A stretch of DNA of 64,000 bases from Steroidobacteraceae bacterium (GTDB lineage Bacteria; Pseudomonadota; Gammaproteobacteria; Steroidobacterales; Steroidobacteraceae). The DNA is taken from the NCBI GenBank assembly GCA_036498785.1, contig DASYEW010000047.1, forward strand, positions 86,008-150,007. Direction: 5' to 3'. Positions 1-8,597 of this stretch are shown piece after piece (the first letter of the stretch is position 1; each line of letters begins with the position of its first letter). The position numbers and the translations under genes were made by a program. Under the pieces are notes generated by a model, which did not search any database, had not been told where the DNA came from, and was given only the letters and a program-made list of their open reading frames with translations.

Positions 1-174
1 TCGCCGCAATAGAGTGAAATGCGCGTCACCGGCGTCTCAACGACGGCGGCACTGAGGACTCGATCGTCACGACGACTACGGGGCACCCTAACGGCTGGCT
101 GCGGCTTGCCGTTTCGCGCGTAGACGCCCCGATTTGACCGTATTCCCGCCTGCCACATTTCCAAAGAGGGTGAC

Positions 175-603
175 ATGAGCGACACGTACAACGGCGCCTG
201 CTTCTGCGGCGCAGTCCAGATCGAGGTAACCGGTGCCCCCGAGGCCATGGGGTATTGCCATTGCAGCTCCTGCCGGTCCTGGTCGGCGGGGCCGGTGAAT
301 GCATTCACGTTGTGGAAACCCGAGAACGTGAAAGTCACCCAGGGCGCCGAATTCATCGGTCGCTTCCAGAAGACAGAACAGAGCGACCGGCAGTTCTGTA
401 CGCGGTGCGGCGGTCATCTGATGACCAGCCATCCGACTTTCGGCCTGACCGATGTTTTTGCCGCAACCATTCCAAGCCTGGCCTTTGCGCCCGGCGTCCA
501 CGTGAACTATTCGGAAACGGTGCTGCGGATGCAGGATGGGCTGCCGAAGCTGAGGGACTTTCCAGCCGAACTGGGCGGATCCGGCCAGGCAGTCCCCGAA
601 TAG
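175..603 (+). CDS. GFA (glutathione-dependent formaldehyde-activating / CENP-V-like) family zinc-binding protein
   Basis: 142-aa ORF with Cys clusters CFCGAV, CHCSSCR and CTRCG typical of the GFA fold. AGAGGG Shine-Dalgarno lies just upstream of the ATG at 175. Confidence 0.85.
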   Translation: MSDTYNGACFCGAVQIEVTGAPEAMGYCHCSSCRSWSAGPVNAFTLWKPENVKVTQGAEFIGRFQKTEQSDRQFCTRCGGHLMTSHPTFGLTDVFAATIPSLAFAPGVHVNYSETVLRMQDGLPKLRDFPAELGGSGQAVPE

Positions 604-947
604 CACGCTCGCAGCCGCAGCGGCGCCAGGCTGTGCGCGGCGATGGCTGTTGTGGCGGCAATTGGCGACGGTATTGGACCTACCGGGCCGGCGAATTGCC
701 GGCCGTCGGCTCCGCCTTTGCGACCAGCACTCATCGCGGCTGCTGAAGGCACGCAGCGCTGACTGAATTGCCGAGTCAACGAAATCAGTGCGCGCGGCGC
801 TGCGCACGACCGCCGCTGCGCGAACGCCATCCGATTCTTTCCCCGATATTCAGAGCCTGTACAATCGTTTCCGGCCGTCCGCCGATCTCTTTCCGTGTTC
901 ACGCCAGCATCGAACCGGCCACGCGCCGTTCGACCGGACTCGTATAC

Positions 948-2864
948 ATGCTTGAAAAACTCCTGCCATTCGTTCTCCTCATTGCCGCGGCATTGCCCGC
1001 CGTGGCGGCGCTTGCCAGTGCAGCCGACCCCAAACCTGCGGCGGACGCTGCCAAGCCGCGCGTATCGGTGATGACCGGCGACCAGGTGATCGAGATACTG
1101 GATGAAACGGTCGACTGGTACCGCACGCTCGGTACCCAGCAACAGGCAGCTACTCAGCCGAGCGACCTGCTGATCCTGTATGCCAACCGGCAGACTGCCG
1201 ACAAGGTCATGGGACTAGCCTTCGAGATCGCCAGGGCCAACGCCGAGCTGCTCAGCAGCGAAGCCAGCGACGCGCAAGCAGCCGATGAAGCCTCGGCCGC
1301 TGCACAATCGCTGCGACAGCGGGAGAAAAAGCTCAACGATCAGCGCAGCGCCATCCAGGCCGAAATGGATTCAGTGCGCCGGCGTGCCGCCGCAGCGAAG
1401 AAAGGCGAGCCTGACCTGCAGGCGAAGCTCTCCGAACTGCAGGGAGAACTGGACATGGTGAACGCGCGCAGAAATCTTCTGGGCACCATGGCGCAGTTCG
1501 CCAACGAAAACGACACCAACGGTTCCAATGCCAATGCGCTGAAGACACACATCGACGCCATTGCGGCCTCGGTGCCTGCGGCATCCGGGCTTCCGGCCCC
1601 CGCGGCTTCTGCAACATCCACTGCGAGTTCCAGCGCCGCACCCCTATTGGGCCCCCACGAGGACGGTTCGTCCGGCCGCGTGGGAATCTGGAGCCTGGCA
1701 GCAAACGTGGTCAGGCTGTCCTCGAAGATGAGCACTATCGACACGGTCGATCAGCACACCGCGGACCTGCAGGACGTGTTCACGAAGATTCGTTCCGCAC
1801 CGATGGACCAGTTGAAGGCTCTGTCGGCACGCAGCGACGTACTCGCCGCCCAGGCCAATGCAGCCAATGGCGCGACCTTGAAGGGCATCCGCGATCAGTA
1901 CGACACGCTGGCCTGGCTGTTCAAACAGACCGCAGCCATCCTGACTCCGTTGAGCAAGGAAGGCGTGCTGCTCAAACAGTACCGGCACAATCTTGCCAAC
2001 TGGCGCGACGCAACGCAGAAGCAGTATCACGACGCGCTGAAAGTTCTCGGGCTACGCGTGGCGGTACTGGCGGGCTTGCTGGCGATCGTGTTCGTGGCAG
2101 CAGAGCTGTGGCGGCGGGCAGTGTTCCACTATGTGCATGAACCTCGTCGCCAGTATCGACTGCTGCTGGTGCGGAAAATCGTCCTGTGGTGCCTGGTCGT
2201 AGCGATCGTCGGCTCCACTTTCGCGAGCGAGTTGGGATCGCTGGTGACCTTCGCCGGGCTGATCACCGCCGGCCTGGCGGTGGCCATGCAAAGCGTGCTC
2301 GTGTCGGTAGTGGGTTATTTCTTCCTGATCGGCAAGTACGGCATCCGCGTCGGGGATCGGGTGCAGATCGGCAATGTGACCGGCGAAGTCATCGACCTGG
2401 GACTGGTGCGGATGCACTTGATGGAACTCAGCGGGCAGGGCCCGCTCGGCCCCACCGGCCGGGTCGTCGCCTTTGCGAATTCCATCGTCTTCCAGGCTTC
2501 AGGCGGGTTGTTCAAGCAAATCCCCGGCGTCAACCTGGCGTGGCACGAGATCACATTGAAGCTGCCGACGGGCGTCAACTATGCGGCAACCAAAGAGCGG
2601 CTTGCAGAGGCGGTGTCTGCAGTCATCAAGGACTACCACGACGACATCGTGCGGCAGACCAAGGAAATCCAGAAATCCACCGCGTCGAGTGCCGCCGGGG
2701 ACTCGCAGCCGCAGGTGCAATTGCGCTTTTCCGCCGCCGAGGTCGAGGCCCTGGTGCGCTACCCGGTGCACCTGCCGCACGCAGCGGAAATCGACGAACG
2801 CGTGTCCGAAGAGCTGTCCAACGTGGTCGCCTCGCTGGATTCCGCCACTCCCCGCCTTACCTAG
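948..2864 (+). CDS. Mechanosensitive ion channel (MscS family) with long N-terminal periplasmic coiled-coil region
   Basis: Signal-like start MLEKLLPFVLLIAAALPAVAALASA at the internal ATG 948 of ORF 768..2864. Ala/Gln-rich helical region, TM helices, and MscS beta-domain motif GDRVQIGNVTGEVIDLGLVRMHL. Confidence 0.85.
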   Translation: MLEKLLPFVLLIAAALPAVAALASAADPKPAADAAKPRVSVMTGDQVIEILDETVDWYRTLGTQQQAATQPSDLLILYANRQTADKVMGLAFEIARANAELLSSEASDAQAADEASAAAQSLRQREKKLNDQRSAIQAEMDSVRRRAAAAKKGEPDLQAKLSELQGELDMVNARRNLLGTMAQFANENDTNGSNANALKTHIDAIAASVPAASGLPAPAASATSTASSSAAPLLGPHEDGSSGRVGIWSLAANVVRLSSKMSTIDTVDQHTADLQDVFTKIRSAPMDQLKALSARSDVLAAQANAANGATLKGIRDQYDTLAWLFKQTAAILTPLSKEGVLLKQYRHNLANWRDATQKQYHDALKVLGLRVAVLAGLLAIVFVAAELWRRAVFHYVHEPRRQYRLLLVRKIVLWCLVVAIVGSTFASELGSLVTFAGLITAGLAVAMQSVLVSVVGYFFLIGKYGIRVGDRVQIGNVTGEVIDLGLVRMHLMELSGQGPLGPTGRVVAFANSIVFQASGGLFKQIPGVNLAWHEITLKLPTGVNYAATKERLAEAVSAVIKDYHDDIVRQTKEIQKSTASSAAGDSQPQVQLRFSAAEVEALVRYPVHLPHAAEIDERVSEELSNVVASLDSATPRLT

Positions 2865-2883
2865 CTGCGAGCCCGCCGCCTGC

Positions 2884-2910
2884 AACGGTCGCTTCGCAGC
2901 GGCGACCGTT
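2884..2910 (+). terminator. Hairpin 20 nt after the MscS stop codon
   Basis: Perfect 9-bp arms AACGGTCGC (2884-2892) and GCGACCGTT (2902-2910) with a 9-nt loop. Only a short TT follows, so it is not a canonical U-tract terminator. Confidence 0.4.
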
Positions 2911-3054
2911 TGCCGCATTACGTGACTGCTGTCCCTCACTCTCCCGAGGATCGGGAACGCCGGGCAATGACGTGACATCCATTGTCATGCCCGTACTGAC
3001 GCTCACTGCTTCCTCACCGGGAAGCCGGGCTCGATCCCATCCTTCAGGAGAATC

Positions 3055-3591
3055 ATGATGAGAGTATTCGTTGCGGCATGCGCCGGTTTGTTGACCCTGG
3101 GCGGCTCGGCAGGCGCCATGGCCCAGAATGCCGGCCCCACCGACCCGCAGATCGCCGCCATCGTGGTGACTGCGAACCAGGTGGACATCGACGCCAGTAA
3201 ACTGGCGGAATCGAAGTCGACCTCCAAGGAAGTGAAGGAATTTGCCGCCCGCATGATCACCGACCACGGTGGCGTCAACAAATCCGCCACCGAGCTGGTA
3301 ACGAAGCTGCACGTGACTCCGCAGCCGAATGCGACCAGCAAGAGCCTGCAGGACGGCGGCGATCAGAATCTCGCAGCCCTGAAGAAGCTCAGCGGCAGCG
3401 CCTTCGATCGTGCTTACGTCGACCATGAAGTCGTTTATCACCAGGCGGTGCTCGATGCCGTCGACCAGACGCTGATTCCCAGTGCCCAGAACGCCGAGCT
3501 CAAGGCATTGCTGGTCAAGGTACGGCCGGCATTCGTCGCCCACCTCGAACACGCCAAGCACCTGCAGGCTGCCCTCGGTCAAAAGAGTTGA
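3055..3591 (+). CDS. DUF4142 domain-containing secreted protein
   Basis: Signal peptide MMRVFVAACAGLLTLGGSAGAMA. Duplicated DUF4142-type motifs FAARMITDHGGV and FDRAYVDHEVVYHQAV. CAGGAG SD upstream. Confidence 0.8.
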   Translation: MMRVFVAACAGLLTLGGSAGAMAQNAGPTDPQIAAIVVTANQVDIDASKLAESKSTSKEVKEFAARMITDHGGVNKSATELVTKLHVTPQPNATSKSLQDGGDQNLAALKKLSGSAFDRAYVDHEVVYHQAVLDAVDQTLIPSAQNAELKALLVKVRPAFVAHLEHAKHLQAALGQKS

Positions 3592-3713
3592 GCCAGAAGA
3601 GTTGCACCAGGAGCTGAGTCACCCTCGTGATGACGATTCGACACCGGGTTGAGCGACTCATGACTGTTCTAGTCAGAGCCGATCGGCCGGAAAGCGATCT
3701 CAGCAACGATCTG

Positions 3714-3743
3714 CATCTGCGCCGGCACCGGCCGGCGCAGATG
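3714..3743 (+). promoter_or_regulatory. Perfect 12-bp GC-rich hairpin whose 3' arm contains the predicted cupredoxin start codon
   Basis: CATCTGCGCCGG (3714-3725), loop CACCGG, CCGGCGCAGATG (3732-3743). All 12 pairs are Watson-Crick. The ATG at 3741 sits inside the right arm. Confidence 0.4.
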
Positions 3744-4100
3744 TCGAAGCAGACGCCGACACGGATTTTTCCCGCGATGCTCGCAATCCCATTGCTTGTT
3801 GGGGGCGTCGCCTGCTCAGAACCCGCAGCGAGCTCGGCATCGCAAGCCCCACACACCTTCACAGTCACGATTGAAAACATGCGCTTCGATCCGCAGGCGC
3901 TGACCGTAAAGCGCGGCGATCGTGTCGTGTGGATCAACAAGGATATGTTTCCTCACACGGCCACCTCGGCTGCAAATGCCTTCGACTCCGGCAGTATTGC
4001 CGCGGATACGTCCTGGACCTATGTGGCAGGCACGCCGGGGGACTATGCTTACGTGTGCGCGTTTCACCCGACGATGCAAGGCAGGCTCACCGTCCAATGA
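3741..4100 (+). CDS. Cupredoxin (amicyanin/plastocyanin-like type-1 copper protein), probable lipoprotein or secreted
   Basis: Signal MSKQTPTRIFPAMLAIPLLVGGVAC. Copper ligands FPHT...YVCAFHPTM (C-x2-H-x2-M, amicyanin-like). The start is chosen from the signal peptide and is uncertain; the ORF is open from 3627. Confidence 0.8.
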   Translation: MSKQTPTRIFPAMLAIPLLVGGVACSEPAASSASQAPHTFTVTIENMRFDPQALTVKRGDRVVWINKDMFPHTATSAANAFDSGSIAADTSWTYVAGTPGDYAYVCAFHPTMQGRLTVQ

Positions 4101-4807
4101 CCCCCAGCCCAGTTGCAAATTCGCTGCCGCCCTTGCCCGACGACGATTCGTCGCTGGTACGGCGCATCGTGGCGCAAGATCGGCAAGCCTTCGAGCTGAT
4201 GATGCGCCGCTACAATCGACGCCTCTATCGATTGGCACGCGCTGCATTGCGCAGCACCACGGAAGCAGAAGACGCGTTGCAGGACGCGTATCTGCTCGCC
4301 TATCGCTCGATGCATCAGTTCCGTGGCGATGCTTCGCTATGCACCTGGCTGTCGCGTCTCGTGCTCAACGAATGCCTCGGTCGTCTGCGTCGCGACACCC
4401 GCCGCCAGAAGGTGATTCCCATCGTGAGCTCAAACTCTGAGATCGAAACCGTCGCCGACCCCGAAGCCGATCTGCCGGATCGCATCCTCGGACGCGCGCA
4501 GGTTCGCACCCTGCTGGAGCGCAAGCTCGATGAGCTGCCGCAGGATTTCCGCATCGTCTTCGTGCTGCGTTCGGTCGAGGAGCTGAGCGTGGAGGACGCC
4601 GCACAGACACTCGGTATTCCGGAAGCGACGGTTCGCAGCCGTCACTTTCGCGCCAAGAGCCTGCTGCGCGAGGCGCTGGCCAGGGAAATCGATCATGCCG
4701 AACGCGACGTGTTCGAATTCGGTGGCGTGCATTGCGATCGCATCATCGCCCGCGTCATGGCACGGCTGGATGACCTGCAGGATTCTGGCCAGGGTCTACC
4801 GGACTAG
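4097..4807 (+). CDS. ECF-type RNA polymerase sigma-70 family factor with ~40-aa C-terminal tail
   Basis: ATG 4097 overlaps the cupredoxin stop (ATGA). Sigma-2 region DALQDAYLLAYRSMHQFRGDASLCTWLSRLVLNECL. Sigma-4 region SVEDAAQTLGIPEATVRSRHFRAKSLLR. Extra tail EIDHAERDVFEFGGVHCDRIIARVMARL. Confidence 0.85.
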   Translation: MTPSPVANSLPPLPDDDSSLVRRIVAQDRQAFELMMRRYNRRLYRLARAALRSTTEAEDALQDAYLLAYRSMHQFRGDASLCTWLSRLVLNECLGRLRRDTRRQKVIPIVSSNSEIETVADPEADLPDRILGRAQVRTLLERKLDELPQDFRIVFVLRSVEELSVEDAAQTLGIPEATVRSRHFRAKSLLREALAREIDHAERDVFEFGGVHCDRIIARVMARLDDLQDSGQGLPD

Positions 4808-4810
4808 AAA

Positions 4811-4914
4811 GTCACAGGAGTGACACGGACAGACGTGTCACGCATGCGTCACTCCTGTGACTCCTGTGACTCCTGTGACTCCTGTGACTCCTGTCACTAA
4901 TGTGACTCATGTGA
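4811..4914. repeat. Hairpin plus 9-bp tandem repeat (CTCCTGTGA x4 perfect, x3 degenerate)
   Basis: 14-bp arms GTCACAGGAGTGAC (4811-4824) and GTCACTCCTGTGAC (4848-4861). Nine-mers start at 4852, 4861, 4870 and 4879 (perfect), then CTCCTGTCA, CTAATGTGA and CTCATGTGA up to 4914. Confidence 0.9.
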
Positions 4915-4924
4915 CCTCTGCTCA

Positions 4925-5755
4925 ATGAGGTGTCATTTGGAGCTCTCCGCCTATCTGCATCGCATCGGCTTCGAAGGCCAGGCACAGCTCGATCTCGCAA
5001 CGCTGCGAGCCGTCCATCGGGCGCATCAATATGCAGTGCCCTTCGAGAATCTCGATGTACAGCTGCGCCGTCCGGTGGCGCTCGACCTGGCGCCGAACTA
5101 CGACAAGATCGTCCGCAGGCGACGTGGCGGTTGGTGCTATGAAATGAACTGCGTCATGGGCTGGGCGCTGGCGGCAATCGGATTCGATGTAATGCGCATG
5201 AGTGCCGGTGTCATGCGCGAGCGCTCGGGTGATTCTCAGCTGGGCAATCACCTGTGCCTGCTGGTGCGTCTGGACCGGCCGTATCTGATCGATGTGGGAT
5301 TTGGCGGCAGCCTGTCCGAACCGCTGCCGCTGGCCGCAGGGCAACGCGAGGACAGACCGTATCGTCTGGAGCTCAGCGAGACCGGCGACGGTTACTGGCG
5401 ATACTCCGAAACTACACACGACGACGCGGACCCATTCAGCTTCGACTTCCGTGCCGTACCTGCCGATGAAGCGTTGTTCGCGCGGCAGTGCGAACATCTG
5501 CAAACCGATCCCGCTTCACCGTTCGTACAGAATCTGGTCGTCCAGCGCCGCACTGTCGAAACACACGTCTCGCTACGCGGCCGCGTTCTCACGACCACTC
5601 ACTCCTCGCGCGTCGACAAGAAGCTGCTGGCTTCGGCAGACGAGCTGGTCGCCGCTCTGCATGATAGTTTCGACCTCGACGTTCCTGATGCAGCCACCCT
5701 CTGGCCTGCCATCTGCGAACGCCACAACGCCGTGTTCGGCGGCTCGGCGCCGTAG
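4925..5755 (+). CDS. Arylamine N-acetyltransferase (NAT family)
   Basis: N-terminus LSAYLHRIGF, PFENLDV, the catalytic Cys motif RRGGWCYEMN, and HLCLLV...YLIDVGFG are typical of NAT enzymes. Confidence 0.9.
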   Translation: MRCHLELSAYLHRIGFEGQAQLDLATLRAVHRAHQYAVPFENLDVQLRRPVALDLAPNYDKIVRRRRGGWCYEMNCVMGWALAAIGFDVMRMSAGVMRERSGDSQLGNHLCLLVRLDRPYLIDVGFGGSLSEPLPLAAGQREDRPYRLELSETGDGYWRYSETTHDDADPFSFDFRAVPADEALFARQCEHLQTDPASPFVQNLVVQRRTVETHVSLRGRVLTTTHSSRVDKKLLASADELVAALHDSFDLDVPDAATLWPAICERHNAVFGGSAP

Positions 5756-5983
5756 CCCTCGCCACAGCCGCTGCGGATCGTCAAGTAACAATCACTTAAT
5801 CCTCGCAGCCCTCGTCATACGCAAAGATACAGTTTGATACAGCTCGCCTGGCGCTGTGCAGCTAGCATGCCCAGCCATCACGCACCGCGTGATCCGGGCC
5901 TTGCATTCGATTGACCACCAGCCCGGCTGCGTCGTCGCAGTGCGCAGTGGTCTTGCACCCGTGAATTGCTGAAGGGAGAGGAC

Positions 5984-7600
5984 GTGCATCATTGGTTCGA
6001 TGCTCGCCATGTGGCGAGCGTGTCGTTGCTGTTGATCCTGTCCGCTTGCGGTGGCGGGGATGGCAACGACCCGGTAACGACGGGTGTCTCCACCAACGCG
6101 GTCAGTTTCCACGCCGACGCTCCAGATGCTGCGGCTCCGGCATCTCAAACCGTCACGGCCACCTTCGCATCCAAAGTCGTCCAGCTCGCTGTCATCCACA
6201 GCGGCGACGGCGTGGAGCGCGTGAGTTATACGTTGGCAGGCAATTCGGCGGTGGTGACCATCGAGCCGAGCTCGCCAAGCCTCATAGGCGCGGGCGAATA
6301 CAGCGGTGCCGTCGCCATTACCGGCTATGTCTGTGCGGACGCCAAGTGCCAGACACTCGCGCCGGGCAATACACTCTCGGTCAAAGTCACTTACGAAGTC
6401 GCTCCAGCCGTTCGGCTGGTGGCGCCGGATGTCGCGACCGCCAATGTTGCCGGCAGAGCGATCATCCACGGTGCCGGATTCGCAAACTTCGCGGTCAGCG
6501 GCGTGATGTTCGGATCGACTCCGGCAACCTCGTTCACGGTCGTCAGCGACACCGAACTGCAGGCGCTTTACCCGGCGCTGGCGGCAGGCAGCTATCCGGT
6601 CGAGATCGCGGTCTCCACGTATCAGGGGACCATCTCCACAACGGCGACCCTCGATGTCCTGGACCCTGTGCCATACACAGCCGCCGCATTGAACTACCCG
6701 GCTGCGAGTCCGGCCATCCACACCTTGCTCTATGATGCGACGCGCAGCTCGCTGATCGTTGCGACGGATATTGGCGGCGGGACGCTGGTGCGCTATCCGT
6801 ATGTCAACGGCGCATGGGGAGCTCCCGAGAGCGTGGCCGTCAGCTCGCTGAAAGATGTGGCACTGAGCACCAACAGTGCGCAGCTGCTCGCGGTTTCCCC
6901 GAGCGAGCTGACGCCAATCAACGCTGACACCCTGGAGACGCAAACGGCGATCGCGCCACCGGCGTTGCCGAGCGGCAATTTCCTGACGGGAATCGCCGTC
7001 GCCAACACCAATCGCGCCGTGCTCACCACCAGCGACGGCACCAGCGACGCCACGTTGCCATATGTCTACGACGCCGCCAGCCGGACGATGACCCAGCAGG
7101 TAATCGGGCTAGTCAATGCGAGCGCTGGAACCTCGGCCGATGGAACGCAGGTAATCCTCACGCAAGGCGACCCGAGCTTCACGACGGATCCCGCCGTGTA
7201 CTTCTATGACGCCTCCACCGAAGTTATTTCCGCCTTGCTGGTGGCAGCCAACCAGAAGACCATTACGCCGGCCCTGGATACGCACGCGACGCGCGTCGTG
7301 CTCAATGGCGTTTCCGTCTACGACACCATCGCATTCACCCTGCTCGGCACGCTCCCGTCGACAACGCTCGCGGTGGTTTTCAACCCCGATGGCACGCGCG
7401 CGTATACGTACGACTCCACCGGAGCGGTGTTGACGTTCGACACCTCGACGGACATGACCGGCGCCGCCTTTACGCAGATTGGCGCACCGCTCGCGCTCGC
7501 CGCCAATCCGGGCGATGCAGTCAAAATGACCATCAGCCCGGATGGCAACACGCTGTTCCTCGCCGGCAGCAGTCAACTCGTTATTCAACCGGCGCCCTGA
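5984..7600 (+). CDS. Hypothetical lipoprotein with IPT/TIG-like domain and beta-propeller-like repeats
   Basis: Lipobox LLILSAC-GGGDG. Ig-like segment IIHGAGFANFAVSGVMFGSTPATSFTVVSDTELQALYPALAAGSYPVEI. Repetitive Thr/Ser-rich beta-like C-terminal half. GTG 5984 follows a GGGAGAGG SD; start uncertain. Confidence 0.6.
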   Translation: MHHWFDARHVASVSLLLILSACGGGDGNDPVTTGVSTNAVSFHADAPDAAAPASQTVTATFASKVVQLAVIHSGDGVERVSYTLAGNSAVVTIEPSSPSLIGAGEYSGAVAITGYVCADAKCQTLAPGNTLSVKVTYEVAPAVRLVAPDVATANVAGRAIIHGAGFANFAVSGVMFGSTPATSFTVVSDTELQALYPALAAGSYPVEIAVSTYQGTISTTATLDVLDPVPYTAAALNYPAASPAIHTLLYDATRSSLIVATDIGGGTLVRYPYVNGAWGAPESVAVSSLKDVALSTNSAQLLAVSPSELTPINADTLETQTAIAPPALPSGNFLTGIAVANTNRAVLTTSDGTSDATLPYVYDAASRTMTQQVIGLVNASAGTSADGTQVILTQGDPSFTTDPAVYFYDASTEVISALLVAANQKTITPALDTHATRVVLNGVSVYDTIAFTLLGTLPSTTLAVVFNPDGTRAYTYDSTGAVLTFDTSTDMTGAAFTQIGAPLALAANPGDAVKMTISPDGNTLFLAGSSQLVIQPAP

Positions 7601-7611
7601 GCACCCCCGCA

Positions 7612-8412
7612 ATGGCAATACGACGATTGGCGATTCCCGGCTTGCTGCTGCCGCTGCTGACATTGCTCGGCACGGACGGCGCCATGGCAGAGTCGACACA
7701 GGGATCGACCCTCGAAGCCGGCATGATCGCCAACGAGGTGGACACCTCGGGCAGCACCTCGGTAGGTTCCGTGGGAGCGCGGCTCGCAGGCTCGATTCCG
7801 CTGACGAATTATCTTGGCGTGGCGTTGTCTGGCGACTATCTGAATTCCTCCGTCCGGACCCGCAAGATCCTCGAGGAAGCGGGCGGACCTCCGCTGGGTA
7901 CGCGCAGCGCCTGCAAGTTCGACAGCACCGACGGCGACATCAAGCTGTTCGCGCATGCGCCGCTGGGAAAAATCGCCATCGGCTACGGCCTGGGCCAGCT
8001 GTCATCGAGCTGCGGCGATGACTCGGTGTTCACCGCAACCGGCGAGGACAAGCTGACGACCCATCGGTACAGCTTCGATGCAGAAGTCTATCTCGGCGAT
8101 TTCACCCTGGCCGCGTCGCGCGTCTCCACCGATCTCGACGGCGGATCCACGCTGGACACGAACACCTTCACCGCGAGCTGGTATCCACTGGACAGCCTGC
8201 GGGTCTCGGTATCCGGCAACGACCTGTACGGCCAGAACACCTATGGTTTCACGGTTGAACACCAGCCCGAAGCGCTGGGCAATTCCCTGGGTGTGTACGT
8301 GGGCTATTCCTCATCCGAGCAGTCTCCGCGCACCAGTATCCTGAACTTCGGCGTCATGTACTACTTCGGCCAGAACGTCGATCTGAAGCGGCGCGATCGC
8401 GAATATAGATAG
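7612..8412 (+). CDS. Hypothetical secreted protein, possible small outer-membrane beta-barrel
   Basis: Signal MAIRRLAIPGLLLPLLTLLGTDGAMA. Alternating hydrophobic beta-strand patterns, Gly/Tyr-rich (FGVMYYFGQ). Starts 11 nt after the upstream lipoprotein gene. Confidence 0.5.
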   Translation: MAIRRLAIPGLLLPLLTLLGTDGAMAESTQGSTLEAGMIANEVDTSGSTSVGSVGARLAGSIPLTNYLGVALSGDYLNSSVRTRKILEEAGGPPLGTRSACKFDSTDGDIKLFAHAPLGKIAIGYGLGQLSSSCGDDSVFTATGEDKLTTHRYSFDAEVYLGDFTLAASRVSTDLDGGSTLDTNTFTASWYPLDSLRVSVSGNDLYGQNTYGFTVEHQPEALGNSLGVYVGYSSSEQSPRTSILNFGVMYYFGQNVDLKRRDREYR

Positions 8413-8597
8413 CGAACTCGCGGGCAGCCCAGCCCAGCCGGATGTAAACCGGAATAGATTGGAGTACCGCAGCCCCGCCGGACCTTGAGCGCCTGACGCA
8501 CGCCGGCGCCTACCACCGCCTCGATGGTGGACACTGCCTGGATTGACTATAGTCACCCTTGCCCAACGGACCTGGTGTTCTGGCAAGAGGTGGCCTC

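Noticed and set aside
2954-2976. ECF-type promoter (GGAAC ... CGTGAC) upstream of the DUF4142-cupredoxin-sigma operon.
   Set aside because: GGAAC is present, but the spacer to the CGT element is only 12 nt, versus the ~16-17 nt expected for ECF promoters. This is not enough support without a comparison set.
2911-3035. Possible degenerate member of the GTCAC repeat family (GTGAC, CCCTCAC, GACGTGAC, CTCAC and CCTCAC scattered upstream of the DUF4142 gene).
   Set aside because: The motifs are not contiguous or phased. I cannot distinguish this from chance occurrence of a 5-mer without genome-wide statistics.
4811-4914. Possible CRISPR array (also considered at 28614-28669, 31327-31379 and 49845-49909).
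   Set aside because: The units are only 7-9 bp and directly abut one another with no unique spacers. No cas genes are in the window.
4812-5000. 62-aa ORF encoding a (SHR)n repeat peptide.
   Set aside because: It is simply the reverse-strand translation of the 9-bp tandem repeat, and it overlaps the start of the well-supported NAT gene. There is no SD or other coding evidence.
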